Source: an uncultured virus (IMG/VR IMGVR_UViG_3300037466_002145) (lineage: Duplodnaviria; Heunggongvirae; Uroviricota; Caudoviricetes). Taken from it: a DNA stretch of 64,000 nt. Both the position numbers and the translations under genes were made by a program. The stretch covers positions 19,148 through 83,147 of IMG/VR virus record IMGVR_UViG_3300037466_002145. One strand, 5' to 3'. This document shows positions 11,119 to 20,592 of this stretch, piece by piece. Position 1 is the stretch's first letter; every line of letters starts with the position of its first letter. The notes under the pieces are model-generated. The model made no database searches, had not been told where the DNA came from, and was given only the letters and a program-made list of their open reading frames with translations.

Positions 11119-11203
11119 ATTTTTTCCTTTTATCGAGTTTAGTAGTTTTATCGGTTTTGGATTCAGAAGATAATCATCTAAATCGTTGAGAAGTATAGCA
11201 AAT

Positions 11204-11779
11204 TTAGTATCCCTTGTCAAGTAAAATTTGCTTAAATTGAGCTTTACTTGGCACAAAAGGTAGATACTTCACGAGCTTATTCTTTCGTAATTTCCAGTAC
11301 GGATTTTCCTTCATATCTACATTCCAACTCTCAATGCAGTTGGTGTAGTTCATAACAATGGCCAGCGTATCCTTTTGGATTTCACCAGCGACATACCTAC
11401 GAAAGATATTAGGAACGGTATGTCTATCACCCGTGAGTTCATCGGCGGGCGGTCCAAGTTTCTTCATGTCATTTTGGAAATGATAACCTAGCGCGTTACG
11501 ATGCGCCGACCATTCGAGATAGGTCTTATCGTAAAGCGGGTCTACCGCCAGCGCATGAATATGAAGCTTGTTTTCAGAGAGGTTGGCCAACAGAAAGTTG
11601 GGCGTTGCCTTTCCATATTTAGCAGTGATTTTTTCGGCCCAACGGCGGTCGGGACTATCATTGTATTCTTCGGGTTTGATATGTTTCAATTTCCCGCGAA
11701 ATTTGAAGTAATCGTAATGTTCAGTATGGAAATGAAACTTCAGGGCTCGGTAGAGTTTGAAAGTCTCATAAGGATGCAT
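11204..11779 (-). CDS. 59: T4 gp59-like helicase loader
   Basis: FKLYRALKFHF....YDYFKFRGK N-terminus and KYLPF C-terminus; synteny 33-59-32. Confidence 0.88.
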   Translation of the reverse strand: MHPYETFKLYRALKFHFHTEHYDYFKFRGKLKHIKPEEYNDSPDRRWAEKITAKYGKATPNFLLANLSENKLHIHALAVDPLYDKTYLEWSAHRNALGYHFQNDMKKLGPPADELTGDRHTVPNIFRRYVAGEIQKDTLAIVMNYTNCIESWNVDMKENPYWKLRKNKLVKYLPFVPSKAQFKQILLDKGY

Positions 11780-11787
11780 GGAACTCC

Positions 11788-12006
11788 TTAGATAGGCAAT
11801 TGGGACTCGCGTCTTAGATAATGTAAGTCTTCGGCCTCTAATTGTATCTTGGAAACGAGATTAAGGTCTTTGGAAATGATCGCCCCAATCGTTTCGACTT
11901 CAAGGTCATTGACTGCGCAAAAATGAATGATTGCGTCGATATAATCGGTGCCAGAGGTGCGAACGATTTCTTCGATGCTATTATGGAGTGAGAGTGAGTC
12001 GAGCAT
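11788..12006 (-). CDS. 33: T4 gp33-like late transcription co-activator
   Basis: IEEIV....DYIDAI.HFC..NDLEVE....IS..L.SKI..EAE.L.YL; synteny. Confidence 0.85.
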   Translation of the reverse strand: MLDSLSLHNSIEEIVRTSGTDYIDAIIHFCAVNDLEVETIGAIISKDLNLVSKIQLEAEDLHYLRRESQLPI

Positions 12007-12169
12007 TACTTTACGGCGATTACCTTAAGTGTTTGTTTCGGCTCGAAACTCAAATAATTGGTGATGGTATAAGAGGTATTATAAGTCCCGTCTGCATTAT
12101 AGACTTCGACTACAAGTTCGCGCATCCCCTCGGGGATTTCGAACGTTTCTGATTTGAGAATGTTGGTCA

Positions 12170-12793
12170 TTATTGTTTTTCAATTTTTCCTTGTTTGAAA
12201 CCTTCCAATTGCTGCATGGCCGCGATCATGGCGTCCTGTTGGGCGTCAGTCAGCTTATACAATGGGGTTGTTCTATCGATGCCGATCTTCTTCGATACGA
12301 AGTTGGCATATTCTTTGGGATTGTTGCCGTCGTCGGCGGGCGCGTAACGCCGAATGGCATCCACGATAGAAAGCTTATAATACACTGAATCCGTGGCAAA
12401 TAGAAGTTTTTTCTGGGCTTTTTGGCCGTCTTCGTAAGTTGGGAAAACAGAGAAGTGCTTGTAGTCGCGGTTGACCGCGCCGTTCTCAGCCGCGAAGCTC
12501 CCATAGACGATGTTGCCAGGGTTGTTGTTGCGCCATGAAATGGTGCCGCCCGAGAACTTGAACTTATTACCCTTTGTATCGAACACAGACAGCCAACCAG
12601 GGCCTGAATCGATGACCTTGGCTATGACTATAGCGTCGCCTTCTTTCCAGGATGGTTCGGGTGCTGGTACAGGTTTCGCTGCAACGGGTTTGGGTTTGGT
12701 TGGTTCGGGTGAGGTTGAAATTTCAATCGCGGTATTGCCAGCTTGTAGTTCAATATCGAGACCGCGGGTTGAAGGGATAATATCTTTGGGCAT
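12170..12793 (-). CDS. Lysozyme-like (WRNNNPGN family) protein
   Basis: SWRNNNPGNI, F.VF.TYEDG, RRYAP..DGNNP..Y, EG motif. Confidence 0.75.
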   Translation of the reverse strand: MPKDIIPSTRGLDIELQAGNTAIEISTSPEPTKPKPVAAKPVPAPEPSWKEGDAIVIAKVIDSGPGWLSVFDTKGNKFKFSGGTISWRNNNPGNIVYGSFAAENGAVNRDYKHFSVFPTYEDGQKAQKKLLFATDSVYYKLSIVDAIRRYAPADDGNNPKEYANFVSKKIGIDRTTPLYKLTDAQQDAMIAAMQQLEGFKQGKIEKQ

Positions 12794-13623
12794 TACTTAC
12801 CTTTGCTTAGGTCGGTGACATTCGTGACATTACCAACAATCCAATGTTCGTAATCGCGAATGGCAGTCAAAACGTCGGCGCGGTCGTCTGCCGTCATGGT
12901 AGACAGAACCGTCTTAGCTTTGACTTTGGAGTGAGAGAGAATGTAGTTGAGATAGGTTCGCGGATTATAACCGTCCTTGGTCGGCGCGAACTTCTTGATG
13001 GCATTTTCAAGTGACAAATCTTTATAACCGAAGTCCGATTCAAAGAGGTAGGACTCCAGGGCTGCCATGCCGTCATCTTCGGATGCGAAGATAGCGAATG
13101 AACCATCGAAGCCGATGGCCTTATGCGTCTTGGCGAAGTTGTCGTAGAGAAGCTTGCCAGGGTTGTTATATCGCCATGATATTGAGCCACCAGTGCGGAC
13201 TTCAAAAGTGCCGTCTGGTTTCTTCATCGCGAAATAATACTTTTTGATCTTTTCGATGGTTGGGAAGACGGGAATCTTCGCTTCAAGGGTCGCGGCTTTG
13301 GCCTGTGCCGCTTGTGCGGTTTGCGTTGCCGTCTTGACCTGTTCGGTCAGAACCTGCGTCTGTGAAATACTCGATTGCAGTTGTGGGGCGATCTTCTTGG
13401 TCGTCGTGACCGTCGCGGCCTGATAGGCAAGGAACCCCGAGAACAATGCCGTAACGAAGATATGGCCGAGTGATTTCCACATCGGTTGAATTTCGACTGT
13501 CTTGGTTTCGACAGGGATCGGCGGCGGGTTTTCACTAATTTTCGGTGTTTCAACAGTTGCTGAAACAGGCGTATCTACTGAAACAGGTTGAACAGTAGTA
13601 TCAATAATTCTTTTTTCAGCCAT
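12793..13623 (-). CDS. Membrane-anchored lysozyme-like (WRYNNPG family) protein, paralog of 12170-12793
   Basis: TM segment (HIFVTALFSGFLAY), coiled coil, then SWRYNNPGKL...FAIF..EDDG...KKFAP..DG.NP..Y. Confidence 0.7.
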   Translation of the reverse strand: MAEKRIIDTTVQPVSVDTPVSATVETPKISENPPPIPVETKTVEIQPMWKSLGHIFVTALFSGFLAYQAATVTTTKKIAPQLQSSISQTQVLTEQVKTATQTAQAAQAKAATLEAKIPVFPTIEKIKKYYFAMKKPDGTFEVRTGGSISWRYNNPGKLLYDNFAKTHKAIGFDGSFAIFASEDDGMAALESYLFESDFGYKDLSLENAIKKFAPTKDGYNPRTYLNYILSHSKVKAKTVLSTMTADDRADVLTAIRDYEHWIVGNVTNVTDLSKGK

Positions 13624-13655
13624 TGCTTATACCCAATTTGTGAGGAAATACGTCC

Positions 13656-13662
13656 TATTTAG
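13656..13662 (-). promoter_or_regulatory. Putative T4-type late promoter CTAAATA
   Basis: CTAAATA about 35 nt upstream of the 13623 gene; the same motif recurs upstream of other genes (e.g. near 26757, 32190, 35434, 40363, 63264). Confidence 0.5.
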
Positions 13663-13667
13663 TAAAA

Positions 13668-14023
13668 TGCCTGCCTTCTGTTTCCAGGTGGCAGGCGACC
13701 CATGAAGCTTACGCCGCGAGGCGGATATCTTCGATAACGCTATTATCGTTTGCGTTTATACGTTTTCTTCGCGTTAACCCAGCTTAGATCGGGTACTGTC
13801 TTCTTCTCTTTTAACGTCATTCGATCCTATTTCGCGCCCATAAAGAAACACACTAACGAGTCCTACTTTGTCCAACCGCGAAGATGGTCATATCCTAACT
13901 CGCTTCTGGTATACCCTTCATCTAGTGTGAAGGCCCATGCGGTCCAATAGTAGTGTGTTTTTTGGTGGACGCGTCGGCTTTGCAGCCGAGTCATGTCCGT
14001 ATTATTACAAAAGCGTCATACAG
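13668..14023 (-). ncRNA. ssrA: Two-piece (circularly permuted) tmRNA, alphaproteobacterial type; tag ANDNSVIEDIRLAA*
   Basis: Acceptor piece ends ...CGCGTCCACCA (13963); coding piece starts GGGCGCGAAATAGGATCGA (13839) giving G3:U70; tag reading frame 13753-13709; 3' ACCTGGAAACAGAA hairpin. Confidence 0.92.
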
Positions 14024-14309
14024 TAATTACTTCTGCCTCTTTAGTTGAGACAATTCCTTACCCATTTCTTTGATCTTCTCATTCAGCATGGCGATTTTTT
14101 GATCCTTACGCGCGAGTTCGCCGTTAATGCCGCCCATGATGTGATACAAAGTGTATATCTTTGGCACCTTCAATTCACCTCCGATGATTTCACGTAGAAC
14201 GTGAGTCTCACCAGTTTTATGAAAGTCAGTTACCAATTCAGCCGCCAAGTCCATTAGGGCTTGAGGCTTGCCATACTTATACAATGGATCAATTTTTATC
14301 ATGGTGATT

Positions 14310-14384
14310 TGGAGTGAAGGGCGGGAATCGAACCCGTATGCTCAGTTTTGCAGACTGGCAAGGCACCCAGGCCAATCCCGACAC
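14310..14384 (-). tRNA. tRNA-Cys(GCA), degenerate acceptor stem
   Basis: CT-GCA-AA loop, GGTTCGATTCC T-arm, U73-CCA; two acceptor mismatches. Confidence 0.7.
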
Positions 14385-14627
14385 TTATTCCTTTTTGCTA
14401 TCAAACAATTTTTTCATTTCAGGTGGTGGTTCTAATGGAGCATCACCGATATATTCTTTAATCGATTGTTCAATAATGACTGGAAAGTTCTTTTCCAGTA
14501 TACCCATCATCACTTTGTCAAGACCGCGCGATTCCATCTTTGGTTCATACCACAAACATTCAGGATCGTGGTCATGAATACCATTGATATTTTCAGCACC
14601 GCAACATATGCAAAATGACATTCTATT

Positions 14628-15074
14628 TTATTCGTTATTTAGTGATTTGAGGATTGTATCCCCGACCGTCTGAGCACCTGTGCCGATCACAGCCCCTGTT
14701 GCTGCATCAATGGTACCCGAACCGACTGCCGCCGCGGCCTGTGTCTGGACGATAGCTACTGCCGCCTTGATCGCGCCAGCTTCGGCATTATGAATAGCCT
14801 TGATACCTTCTGCGGCCCCAACCGTCAAAAAAGTCGTTTCAGCTACCGCTACGCGTTGATCTGAAGGAGCGACCGCAGCGGCGGCCACAGAAGCAAGCGC
14901 TGCCTTTTTAAGAACTTCAAGGCCAGCCTGTACGTCTTCCTTACCCAACTCGTAGGCTACATCTTTCACTTGCGCCATAAGCGGCCCGAAAAATTCAATA
15001 ATGGCTTTATCTTCGGCCGAGAAAAATGCGAGTAGGCGATTTTCAATATTTGTAAACCAACTTCCGATAGACAA
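14628..15074 (-). CDS. Ala-rich hypothetical protein (likely TTG start at about 15074)
   Basis: AGGAG RBS before TTG TCT ATC GGA; amphipathic Ala-rich sequence. Confidence 0.5.
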   Translation of the reverse strand: MSIGSWFTNIENRLLAFFSAEDKAIIEFFGPLMAQVKDVAYELGKEDVQAGLEVLKKAALASVAAAAVAPSDQRVAVAETTFLTVGAAEGIKAIHNAEAGAIKAAVAIVQTQAAAAVGSGTIDAATGAVIGTGAQTVGDTILKSLNNE

Positions 15075-15842
15075 TGTATTTCTCCTAATGTTTGAATGCT
15101 GATTTGAGACCGCGCCGCTCGATTTCTGCCAAAACTTCTTCCTGAAGCATGGTTGAATACTCACGGAAGTAGAACATATCGGCATCCGACATTTCTTCAA
15201 TTCTACCTTCATAGATCATATTGATCAGTTCCTGAAAGTCTTCGTCCAGGTGTTCAATTAGATCGGGAATCGACATGACTGTTTCGGCATAGTGCATGAA
15301 TGCTTTGCGCATCTGTTCATCAATTTCCATTATTTAGGTCCCCATATTTAATCAGAATTTCTGTTTTCTTTGGTGATTTCATTTTGATCAAGTTCATGTC
15401 CGTGAGGTTTCTACCTCGAAACTTGAACCTGAACGCAAGCAACATTGCTTCATCACCGCCGTCGTAGGCGTTCGCAATTGAGTAGTCGAAATCTGGCCAC
15501 TTCTTTCGAAACTCAGGTGTGTTGAGGAAGACGATGATTGAAGTGCCGATGTTCATGTAGCCATCGTTTTCGGATGCGAGACGCTTCATGGCATCGGTGA
15601 CTTCAATTTGGAATTTTATTTGATCAGTCGGTCTTATTCGTTCTGCGGCTGATGCTTGCTGTGCAGTGATAGCGAACATCAAATATACCAACCAAATTCG
15701 CATATCTTATTCCCCCCAAGTTCGGAAAAACAGAACGGTCTATCCCGATGCATGTTTCTGGTATGTTTCTGGTCAAAGTAATGGATGCAATGCCAAAACC
15801 AGACAAACGACCAACCGTCTTCATAGAAGAACAGGTGGGGTA

Positions 15843-16676
15843 TTAAATTTGAAAACATTTAGCGGTGTATCCCGTCCAATTGTCTCTACGGCGGTCGTAG
15901 CCCCCAGGCGGATAACCACGGCAGTTCGAAATCATGCGCGTGTTGCCAATCATGTAATCGATGTTGTAGTGCGTGTGACCTGATATCCAGTGCGTGATGT
16001 GCTGATGTTGAAGAATCAAATCTTCCAAGTCAGACGCATACCCAAAATTCAAACTGTCACCCTTGAACGCGGGATCGATACCTTGAAACGACGGTAGGTG
16101 GTGTGTCATCACCACGAAGTTTTTGGACGTATCGAGTAGTTCTGTCTTCAACCACTTGACCGTTTCGTCGAAGATATCGGCGGCATCAGTTGTTGTGAAC
16201 GGAACTCCCTTGTAGTAGCAGACGCGGAAGTCGTTCAGCCCGTACTGGACATACTCAAGTGACAACGGATTGCGCTTGTTCATATCGGTCCAGAGTGTCG
16301 CCGCCAAAAGGTCCGTGTCGTCCGTGAGGGGGAAACGTTGACGTTCCACCATCTGAATGTTGGTGTATCCCTTACGGTCAATAAAGTCATTGACCATCTG
16401 TTTGTTGCTCGCAACGTCTCCCCCCATGTATGCCTCATGGTTGCCTGCGATGATGTAGACATGCTTGAACTTCGTTGCTTCATCAAGAAACTTTTGAAAG
16501 CGTCTTTGCATCTGCCGACCGAGACCGTCTGTGCGCTTTTCTTGAAGCGCGACGGCCAGGATCGTATCACCAGCTACCAGAAGTATTTCGTCGTTGTGTG
16601 GGTCAAGTTCGTGAGGTTCATTTGGAAAATCTGAAAACTCAAGATGAATGTCCGAAACGTATTTAATTGTCTGCAA
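15843..16676 (-). CDS. Calcineurin-like metallophosphoesterase
   Basis: SDIHLE, VAGD, AGNHE, THHLP, SGHTH motifs. Confidence 0.88.
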   Translation of the reverse strand: MQTIKYVSDIHLEFSDFPNEPHELDPHNDEILLVAGDTILAVALQEKRTDGLGRQMQRRFQKFLDEATKFKHVYIIAGNHEAYMGGDVASNKQMVNDFIDRKGYTNIQMVERQRFPLTDDTDLLAATLWTDMNKRNPLSLEYVQYGLNDFRVCYYKGVPFTTTDAADIFDETVKWLKTELLDTSKNFVVMTHHLPSFQGIDPAFKGDSLNFGYASDLEDLILQHQHITHWISGHTHYNIDYMIGNTRMISNCRGYPPGGYDRRRDNWTGYTAKCFQI

Positions 16677-17064
16677 TTAGTCCCTCAGGTTCAGATTCAA
16701 TAATATCCGCTATTTCTAAAAATGATTTTTTGTCGTCGTCGTTATCGTCAATTAAGCCCCATGTGTCTTTTTTTGGATTTGCGTAAAGGCCATTTGAAGC
16801 TGCCAACCCAAGCCAATCCATAACAACATTGGGAAGGGAGAAACCGCTGTAAGTCATGTACTGATGTTTATTCGGCATGAATTTGTTGTCGTGCCAAACC
16901 GCTTCGGGAAATTGCTTGGCATACAGATCGCAGGCGACGCCGAGACAACAGAAGCTATTTCCAAGTTTGAGCTTGCCGTGGGTTTGTTCGTACTCACCCG
17001 ACCGCAAGGCTTCGATCCAAAGCTTGCGATGTTCTTTCTGTTGGTCGGCTGTCCAGTCGGTCAT
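16663..17064 (-). CDS. Phage paralog family 'ALRSGxY...FCCLGVAC' protein
   Basis: Near-identical N- and C-termini to 63445-63861. Confidence 0.75.
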   Translation of the reverse strand: MTDWTADQQKEHRKLWIEALRSGEYEQTHGKLKLGNSFCCLGVACDLYAKQFPEAVWHDNKFMPNKHQYMTYSGFSLPNVVMDWLGLAASNGLYANPKKDTWGLIDDNDDDKKSFLEIADIIESEPEGLIADN

Positions 17065-17522
17065 ATCACACTCTTGGTAAACTTGTTGGCTTCGATAAGA
17101 TTGGCGAGTTCGTCAAATGACCTTCCATCGTCATTGACGGACCATAACGATAGTTCCAATTCTTTTTTGGCGGGCGGATAATAAATCATGATCGTGTCAG
17201 GACAACCGTTATCAGGTATCAACCCCATAGCTTTCGATACTTTAGCGGGCATAATGCCAGCATCGATTGTCTCTGTTGTGCGGAAGTCGCTGTCATAGCC
17301 TTTGTTATTATCACACATACGAATTCGACTTGGTTTTGAAAAGCTATCACCGAACACGAGACAGGCCGCGCCCCATATGCAATAGCACCGATCCCCATCT
17401 TGGGTTTCTTGACATAGACGATACTTACCTTGTTTCACTGTGCCAGATCGAAGTAGCTCAACCCAAGCCTTGCGGTTGGCTCTGATTTCTTCGGGCGTCC
17501 AGTCGTCTTTCATCGGGATCAT
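17061..17522 (-). CDS. Phage paralog family 'LRSG..KQ...YCIWG.AC' protein
   Basis: Shares W...LRSG..Q...C..G.AC and ND...SF.E.A..IE with 16663-17064. Confidence 0.7.
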   Translation of the reverse strand: MIPMKDDWTPEEIRANRKAWVELLRSGTVKQGKYRLCQETQDGDRCYCIWGAACLVFGDSFSKPSRIRMCDNNKGYDSDFRTTETIDAGIMPAKVSKAMGLIPDNGCPDTIMIYYPPAKKELELSLWSVNDDGRSFDELANLIEANKFTKSVI

Positions 17523-17897
17523 GGTCTACTCCACATACTTGTATTCAGGTTTCCAACCGTCTTGATTGCGCAAACGTTTGATCATGGCGATTGCGTCTTG
17601 CTCGGTCTCACATTGTTTTGGAAGCGCATACCAATATTGTGAATTTATTGATTTGGCAAAATGTTCGACGGTCCATTTACCGTTCGAGTCTTCATAGTAT
17701 CGGTAGTCCTGACTCATCATCTCCCCTCAAGATACCAATGAATTGAAAAGAATAACCAAAGTGACAGAGCCCCCGCGGCTGTACCATACACCAAAACTTC
17801 CAATCCAGTCGTGGCGACAACGAAATGATACCAACACGCAATAGTGCTGTAGGTGAGAACCGCGAAGTAAACTACCCCAAGCAAAAGTTCGAAAAAG

Positions 17898-18488
17898 CTA
17901 TCCATGATGCTTCATTCTCTTTTGAAGTTCATCCATATGAATTGGTGTGTAGTTGATCTTTTCGACACAGACATTGATGTAGTGCCAGTCGGGCATTCCA
18001 CCTTTGCCGATGTTGCCCCACTCGTAGTGATCGGAATTGGCCATCACTTGTCGTTCGTGAATGTGACCATGCACGCAATGAATTGCGCCGCCGCGCCCGT
18101 AGAGCGAATCCTTGTGAAGTGGGTAGTGGCAGCAAATGAACGGGATCGGCATGTCTTTGAACTGCCGCCAACTCATGAACTTTTCGAACCACGGTTTGTA
18201 GAGGTCGATATTTGTATGGTCGTGGTTGCCGAGAATTAGGCGCTTGCGGCCCGCGAGACGAGTAAAGAGCTTGGGCCAGTCTTGCTTCGGACCAAAGGCC
18301 ACGTCGCCTAAGTGATAGACTTTGTCCCCAGGTTTGACCGTCTTGTTCCAATTATCGATGATGATTTCATTCATCTGTTCGACGGAATCGAACTGCGGTC
18401 GTACTTTATTTCCGTGGGCGTCTGAGAAGGTCAGGATGTTGGAATGCGAGAAGTGGGTATCGGATATGAACCAAATATTATGTGACAT
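17898..18488 (-). CDS. Calcineurin-like phosphoesterase (phage type)
   Basis: FISDTHF.H.NI, WN.TV.P.D.VYHLGD, GNHD, HYP, HGHIH, NVCVE. Confidence 0.9.
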   Translation of the reverse strand: MSHNIWFISDTHFSHSNILTFSDAHGNKVRPQFDSVEQMNEIIIDNWNKTVKPGDKVYHLGDVAFGPKQDWPKLFTRLAGRKRLILGNHDHTNIDLYKPWFEKFMSWRQFKDMPIPFICCHYPLHKDSLYGRGGAIHCVHGHIHERQVMANSDHYEWGNIGKGGMPDWHYINVCVEKINYTPIHMDELQKRMKHHG

Positions 18489-18685
18489 GATTAAACGTTT
18501 GAATGCAGTATAAAAATGTAGCAGTCATCCAACCACAAAGGGAGGGCCAATTTGACTCAATAACTACGAATAAGATGTTTAGAAGAAAAATACCAAGAAC
18601 GATTAAATTCCAAATTTCCCATCATGAAAATTTTCCCCCAACTAATAATGAGCTATTATAAACTACTTTTTCGAAAAAGTAAAGA

Positions 18686-18763
18686 TGGTACTCCCTGTAG
18701 GAGTCGAACCTACCTGATGCCTCGGTGTAAACGAGGTGCCTTCACCGCGATTGCTAAGGGAGC
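18686..18763 (-). tRNA. tRNA-Val(TAC)
   Basis: Cloverleaf; CCTCG-TT-TAC-AC-CGAGG; encoded CCA. Confidence 0.9.
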
Positions 18764-18775
18764 TTTCAGTCGAAC

Positions 18776-19105
18776 CTATTTATTATGTAGGTTCCAAAAC
18801 CGATTACAGGACAGAAGACCCAATTCGAGATAGCGGCGACCCTCGGGGTTCATCGAATGAATTGCCCATTCGATACGCGGTCCTTCGCCGCGAGCCGCCC
18901 GAAGTTCGATCCAATCGACAACGGGTTCGGAAGTCATGGCCTTGCCCTGGTCGTCCAGCCCCAGGTCATGGTCGAAGGAAATTATGCGAATGTCATAGTC
19001 GGGAGACGATAGGATCGCTATCGCCTCCCCTGGTGTCTTGGCCCAAAGCCAACCCTCGGGGGCTGGCCTTAGGTCATCGATCCATAGTTGTTGGGCAGGA
19101 GTCAT
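18776..19105 (-). CDS. Cyclic-phosphate-processing receiver-domain protein
   Basis: LWIDDLRP.PEGW, ISFDHDLG, IHSMNP.G motifs. Confidence 0.8.
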   Translation of the reverse strand: MTPAQQLWIDDLRPAPEGWLWAKTPGEAIAILSSPDYDIRIISFDHDLGLDDQGKAMTSEPVVDWIELRAARGEGPRIEWAIHSMNPEGRRYLELGLLSCNRFWNLHNK

Positions 19106-19608
19106 GCAGCCTTTAGAATTTCCAACCGACGTTCGATCCATTTGGAGTTCGTCAGGTCGGCATGAAGGGCAAGGACAAGGGCGGTGAACTCACCCGTGTT
19201 CCAATCCACGTCACCGATACCCAACAACATATCGTGACGGGGTTCGTAAGTCTTATTCTGATTTTTCAGGTCGGCCAGCGAGGCGACCCGAAACGGGGTC
19301 ACCACCACGCATTTCACCAGCCCATGGTTGTGGTCAAGTGCATAGCGAAGATGTTTCATTCGTTTGTAGTTCTGCGGTGTCTTCTGCCACTGGCAATCCT
19401 CACTGCGTAAGAACTGCGGTTGGTCTTTTTCGAAGTTCGTATACATCAGATTTGCTCCATAGGCCATAAACTGATGCGCCCATAGGGAGAGGACTACCGA
19501 GCCATCTTCGGCTATGTTGGACCATCCTCGGGCCATCTTGCGATAGTCGGGGAAGATCGAGCCCATAGCCTTATGGGCCTCAAGTAGCGATGTGTAGATC
19601 ATCGTCAT
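19102..19608 (-). CDS. Hypothetical protein
   Basis: 168-aa ORF; GWS...DGSVVLSLW; ends in AA. Confidence 0.6.
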   Translation of the reverse strand: MTMIYTSLLEAHKAMGSIFPDYRKMARGWSNIAEDGSVVLSLWAHQFMAYGANLMYTNFEKDQPQFLRSEDCQWQKTPQNYKRMKHLRYALDHNHGLVKCVVVTPFRVASLADLKNQNKTYEPRHDMLLGIGDVDWNTGEFTALVLALHADLTNSKWIERRLEILKAA

Positions 19609-19946
19609 TCAACTCCAATGGTCGGGCGGATAATTCCGCAGGCGACACCTTGGAGTCTATCACAGGTACTCCGTCTTTCAAATGCACGATGGTTCCGCAG
19701 TTGAAACAACAGAGTAGTTCGCGTTTCGAACCAACGGCCAGTGTTGGGAACTCACAGTCACAACCTTCTTCGCGAAGTTGTCTGACTTGTTCGGTTTCCT
19801 CAACCGTTAGGGCTTTCCCCCAGGCGAGGGGGATCGGGCGGTTTGATTTCATGGAAAGGCTCGTTATCAAGAACTGATAACGTCAAGTTTATCAGCCTTT
19901 CCAGCGTAAAGGAAGATAGGGTGTCGTAATCCAACCGTGTTGCGAT

Positions 19947-20027
19947 TGGAACGCCCGACAGGATTCGAACCTGCATCTTATCCAGTTACCTTTGTCCTTG
20001 ATTCGTATTCAAGAGGGATACGGGCGC
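19947..20027 (-). tRNA. Non-canonical tRNA-Arg(ACG)-like gene with relocated D-loop
   Basis: GCGCCCG-TA-TCCCT-CTTGA(AT ACG AA)TCAAG-GACAAAGG-TAACTGGATA-AGAT-GCAGG TTCGAAT CCTGT-CGGGCGT-T-CCA. Confidence 0.7.
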
Positions 20028-20516
20028 TTAAGCGCTTGAGACGCATACGATTTCGTTGCGCTCGGATTTGATCAGCATAAAGAGAATAGGAATGATACCA
20101 CAGACGGCGATCACGTTCGGTAACACGCTGTAACACATTTTTACTAGCCGCCGCAAAGGCAGCCGCCGCGTCATGTTCAGTCATGTTGAAGTTCCCCGTT
20201 TAGGCAAGAATTATATCCCCATTCTCGCCAAATTTCAAGCTTAAAAGAAGGTAATGGGTCAAGTAATTCCCCGCTACTTGACCCTGAAATACCTAATTCA
20301 GAGAACGACGATCAAAAGACTCCGTGATGGCATACCCTACTTCGTCGTTACTCAAAACATTGCATTGAAAGCCTGCCTTGAGTTCTCGTGCTATGAGTTC
20401 CAGGGCTCGCGAGAGGGGACGGACAAATCTCGCAACATGTTCCGTTCCCTCTTTTCCCCATACATCCACTGCAATAAATGATTCCTCAATTACAGCCATG
20501 GACACCCCCCTTATGC

Positions 20517-20592
20517 TGGTGCCAATTGGAGGAGTCGAACCCCCGACCAATCGATTACTAATCGATTGCTCTACCGACTGAGCTAAATTGGC
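20517..20592 (-). tRNA. tRNA-Thr(AGT)
   Basis: Clean cloverleaf; ATCGA-TT-AGT-AA-TCGAT; CCA. Confidence 0.9.

Noticed and set aside
11119-11256. N-terminal extension of gp32 given by the ORF track
   Set aside because: It overlaps gp59, and the RBS plus TTG at 11118 fits gp32 homologues better.
19978-20184. 68-aa ORF running through the rewired tRNA-Arg, as a sixth stop-in-tRNA case
   Set aside because: Its coding status is too uncertain to count.
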